A stretch of DNA of 55,929 bases, counting the filler, from Sluysia triapertura (taxonomy: Eukaryota): NCBI GenBank assembly GCA_046118255.1. It is 3 parts of 3 records of this genome, joined end to end, with 100 filler letters (N's around TTAATTAATTAA, not from the genome) between each part and the next. Parts side by side here need not be neighbours in the genome. Positions count along the whole stretch, not along the records: positions 29,088 to 55,929 come from JBJNIA010110867.1; 2 more parts are not named here. One strand, given 5' to 3'. Below, piece by piece: positions 51,351-55,929 of the stretch. The position numbers and the translations under genes are program-made. The notes under the pieces are model-generated. The model saw nothing but the letters and a program-made list of their open reading frames with translations. It made no database searches and was not told the origin of the DNA. The first letter of the stretch is position 1. Each line of letters opens with the position of its first letter.

Positions 51351-53699
51351 TATTTCGTAATCTTCCAGTTAATTGACATTCTCCAGCATAATTTTGAAAC
51401 ACGAACTGATAAATCTTATGTTGTATAGATTGTTATGTTTTTGTAAATAATAGCATTTCGAGTATCAATTTTCGATTATTTCAATAATTAATTTATAGAT
51501 TAAATTTTGTAAAAAATATTTGTAAATTAAATTTTGTATTATATATATTATTAATATTCGAAAGTACAACATTTAATGTAAATAATATTATTACTAGTTA
51601 GAACTCTTTATGCAAAATTATTTATGTAAATTTATACGTCTATTATTAATAATTCTTAGTAAATTAGTAATACATTCTTAGTATAAAAAGAAAAGGTTAC
51701 ACATAAAAAACACACAATTTAAATTAAAAGTTATTCTTACAAACTATTGCGCTTGTGGAGAACATCTGAAAACATTAAAATAAAATTAACAATTTTTTCA
51801 ATACGTATTTTGGTTCTCAGATCGAGTCAATGCTGTCGTTATTTATCCGAACGGAACACAATTAATTAATTATTTGGAAATTTCTTATGTCTAATAAGTA
51901 AACTTATTTTCTGAATGATCACGCATTAATAAATTTTGCGTCAAACTCATAGGTAAAATCTTATGCACTTTAAAAAATCGCCAGGATCAAAATCTCAGTT
52001 AAAATCCTATTTCATTAATTTTATTCGACAGAATAAAACTTTATTTATAATATTTGTGTATTTAAAATACATATATACATATATTGTTGATACTCTGTTT
52101 CTAAGTTTTATTTGTAAACATTTAATCTTAGTTGTTTTTGATATAGAGATATTTGTAATTTCATTTTTAACGTTTGTTTAATAGAACCTACTATCTTCGA
52201 GTTGTTTTTGTTTATTAGTTAAAAAATAACGGTTGTATAAAGTTAAAAGAATAATTATTTAAAGTAAGCTTATAGTAATAACTTCCGTCCCACATCAGCA
52301 TACAGAACAACTCTTGTAGTAACATAAATAAAACAAATTAATCAATAAAGCATTAGGTAAAACTGACCCTCGTTCATAACGCTTTAGAAGCTAGGTTATT
52401 CTTTAACTTGTGGATACGTCTTTCTCGTAATATAAATCGTATTGCACAGGCGGACCCATGTCATATTAATATTATAATTGTTTCAAGCGCAGTAAAATTT
52501 GAACCTTTTAAAGAAATTAGTTTTGATTTATACATTTTTTATATTTTGAATTTTATTTCTCATTTTATTGACTTTCTTACTTGGAAAGGTAATTAATAGC
52601 AATTATCTTACTTTGGTTATCAATGAATGAACAATTTCGGACTTTTAATTTCGCGCCCATCTAACATATCCTACAATTAACTTTGCTTCATTTAGTTTAG
52701 ATATTGCGCTGTTTTTTTTACTAACGAGCCCTGCGCAAGATATTAAATTCGGAACCACTTACAACACCAAAAACCATTATATATATATATATATATAAAC
52801 ACAACAATTGTATCTGTAATCAACAGTATGCATGTTCAAAAAGTATATATGAAATAAAACAAAACAGCAAATTCATGGATTAGAAAACGATTATAAGATT
52901 ATACATAAATTTGCGTCGACAGCACATGTATTCATTTGTCCGCCCTCTAAGGCCCCTTTGGCCCTGTGTTGCGGTTCTATATATATATAATTCTGTTCTT
53001 TATTGATTATCTAACGAGATAATTAAAGAAACCATTGAAAAGTAATAAAAATAAATTTATTGATAATAATAATAATAATAGTTAAATCTTATACTAATTC
53101 ATAGATATCATTTATTCAACCATTTCAGTGTAATAATCCATTTAAATTAGATTTTCTTAAAATTACTGACCCAATTCATAATCAAGCAACCGTACCCTAC
53201 ACGCATCACATTGAGTTCAGTCTTCCATTTCCCCCTATAAAAATATCGATTTTTATAAAACATGATTGACAATTTGATGGCACAATCGATTTGTCGTATT
53301 TACAATACATACATTCCTATCTTCTGTTTCTATCACTTATTTCTTCTTCTACAGACATTATTTATGCATCAATTGATATACCAAAATGGGATTCCCTATT
53401 TGGATGACCTATTTGATATCATAGATTATGCACTTGAATTGTAGCGATTTTTTATTAAATCACTTGGATTTAAACAAAAACAATAGCCTTTCGCAATATA
53501 AAGAGTGATTGAAAAGTAACTCCCTATTTTAAAATACCTACAATTTAATTTAAATGTTTATCAACTTTTATATACATCTTACTTAATATATGCCAATTTA
53601 ATCTATACTCTCGTTTTCTTTCTAGATCTGTTTTGTGAATTTGTTTTAATTAATTTGTTTGAAATTTCAAAACCCTACAAAAATGGTTGTACGTTATGA

Positions 53700-54030
53700 A
53701 GTTTGGAGATCCATTGTTGAAGTGTAAAGATGGTGGATAACCATTAAGGGAGAACATGCTCAAATTGTCATGAATAGCTCATGATCACATTCAAATCCAG
53801 AGACCCATATCCCACAAAGTCAATTCGACAAGGTACAAGGAAAAGTTGGCTTAAATGCCGTCTTCGAAGACTGCGACATTCGTAAGGAATTTGGCGAGAT
53901 AATGTTGGCTTGGTTTAGAGATTGGGCTGATCTCTTTAAAACTATTCTCTGGAGTGATAAATACGTGAAGTTGTGGCTTTCATACAGCAAGTGTTTCTTG
54001 TGAAATCAATGGATGCGATTCCGGTCCACT
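53700..54030 (+). mobile_element. Tc1/mariner (DD41D-like) transposase fragment
   Basis: EDCDIRKEFGEIMLAWFRDWADLFKTILWSD resembles the D..RR.EFC...IL(W/F)SDE segment leading to the first catalytic Asp. Confidence 0.55.
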
Positions 54031-54317
54031 TGAGAAAGTGATGCTTACATTGAATTTTAAATAAAGTCCATGCAATATACTTTCTTCTCGTATTTATTAA
54101 ACGTATAAATTATATTTAAATTAGAAACTACAGATATTTTAAATAGAAACTACAGATATTTTAAATATTTCAAACCCCCTATATTTTAATGAATAATTCG
54201 TACTTGACTGCATATTATAAGCGATTTCAATGGAACAGCTACATGTTTGTGCGAAGGATAACCTTAGAACCAACTAGGATAGAGTTCAGAACTATTTTTA
54301 AAGATCGCTTCAAAACA

Positions 54318-54322
<5 letters not shown>

Positions 54323-54385
<63 letters not shown>
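54323..54385. repeat. (AAT)n microsatellite
   Basis: About 21 perfect units; another (AAT)n/(ATT)n tract lies at 54779-54842. Confidence 0.9.
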
Positions 54386-54386
<1 letters not shown>

Positions 54387-54778
54387 TATTCTATATAAAC
54401 GAAACATATTATCATTAATACTATTACTACAATAAATTAATTAGTATTAGATGTGACCGGCTTCAGTGCTTCTTGTAATATAAGCTACAAAAAATCAATT
54501 AATGAAAGGAAATTGTCTCATTTCAATATTTGATCGATATTTATTTGGCATTGCACATTTAATTTATTTGTTGTTAACTGAAGAAAATTGTGTAAATATA
54601 AATGTATTTCCTGACACACACACAGACACACACTACAAGTGTTTCTTCTACAATCAATATACAATATGTACGACGTTTTTCCTGCAGAAGACAATGTAGT
54701 AGTGACATATTTTTCATGCATAAGCAAGAAAATGATTTAGTTAATTTTTTAAATTGCAAATGTTGAATTGTTTATGAC

Positions 54779-54826
<48 letters not shown>

Positions 54827-54899
54827 TATTATTATTATTATTACTAAACAAACCGCAAACTTAAATAAAAATTAGATACAAGAAACAACAAATGTAATT

Positions 54900-55585
54900 T
54901 CCTCATCTTCTTCATGCCCTATGCGAGGATGACCCGGATAAACGATTCGAATTTTGTAAAGAATAACTAGTTTTTCCAAGCTTGCTTCAAACTGAATGGG
55001 CATGTTGACAGACACAATTGTGTTTATTGGGACAGTGAGAATCCTCATCGTATTATTGAAACGGAAATCAATGCTCCTGGAATCACAGTCTTGGCTAGAA
55101 TCGGCAGCACTGGCCTAGTTGACCCATTCTTCTTTGAAGAAACTGTTAATGGTGAACGTTACCTTGAAATGCTGAAGACTAAAATGTTTCCTATTGTTAA
55201 TGAGTTACCCCATTTCAGTGATCTTCATTTTCAACAAAGATGTTCGACAGTGGATTACTGAAACATTTACTGGACGTTGGATTTAACGCCGAGGACCAAT
55301 CTAATAGCCTGTCAGATCCCCGAGTTTTTTTCTCTGGGGCATTCTAAAGAACGAAGTTTATGCTAAAAATCCTAGGACAATTGATCAATGAAAACAAAAT
55401 ATTCAGCACAATTGAAACCCAATTTCAGAGGAAACTTATCAAAGTGTTGTCAGAAGATGTCATAATTGTATTGAAATTCAACATGAACATTTTGAACATT
55501 TGTACATACTAAATATACCTATTAAATTTGTCGTATTTTGATATCTAATTTTTATGCAGTTCGGTTACTTTTGGTAGCGAAATAT
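54900..55585 (+). mobile_element. Degenerate Tc1/mariner DD41D (rosa/Visitor-like) transposase
   Basis: LHALCEDDPDKRFEFC, CFKLNGHVDRHNCVYWDSENPH, PFFFEETVNGERYLEML, FQQ(D), GRWI*RRGP..P.RSP, FFLWGILKNEVY and HFEHL, with stops, frameshifts and deletions of catalytic Asp codons. Confidence 0.85.
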
Positions 55586-55929
55586 AAACGGAATCCTAAA
55601 ATATAAATAACTTTGTCTCCTTTTGTATATCATCTATTTTATTAGCACTGTACTTCTCTGAGATATTTAGGACTTTCTTGACGTTCCAGGTTCCATTCTT
55701 AACTTATTATTCCTGAATGAAACCCTACAAGGACATCTGACAATAAGAGAATGTTCTGATGTATAAAATTTCAGCAATATATGAAATACACAAATATAAA
55801 CATGAACAAGCAAAATAAATAGACAATCCATTGTCTTCCGTTCTTGTTTTTGGGAGGCTTCTTTTCTGCAGCACTTATATTCACTGGACAGTTCTTCGGA
55901 TAACTGAAACAAAAATTGTTTTCTAGTTA

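Noticed and set aside
54189-54398. Poly-Ile/Asn/Leu ORFs (also 11948-12258, 23927-24118, 29364-29633, 49477-49677)
   Set aside because: Translations of (AAT)/(ATT) microsatellites.

Overview
Very AT-rich (roughly 20-25% GC by eye), intron-containing genomic DNA, most likely from an invertebrate animal. It consists of three contigs joined by artificial N44-TTAATTAATTAA-N44 linkers (14883-14982, 28988-29087), so adjacency across those points is unproven. Two conserved host genes are recognisable. One is a complete 3-exon NUBPL/Ind1 gene (+, 3414-5206). The other is the 3' part of an abLIM/UNC-115/dematin-family villin-headpiece gene (-, 40617-49102+). The rest is mostly accessory or decayed DNA: a ZMPSTE24/STE24 fragment with HEXXH changed to NEXXH, a pseudokinase exon, a frameshifted RING-H2 ORF, hAT, Tc1/mariner (DD41D-like) and possible piggyBac/THAP remnants, a MITE and many (AAT)n tracts. 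Two repeat systems not shown by the ORF track stand out. (1) Four diverged ~1.1-1.2 kb LTR-like elements keep a TATA box, TTGGA repeats, a GTAAGC donor-like motif and co-varying hairpins, one with a GAAA tetraloop; one copy is followed by a PBS-like motif and a decayed gag. (2) A four-copy module made of a C/A-skewed arm, a TGACA-N24/25-TGTCA palindrome and an inverted CCAAT palindrome, each copy lying just upstream of a different decayed lineage-specific ORF. All calls are by eye; no database searches were run.
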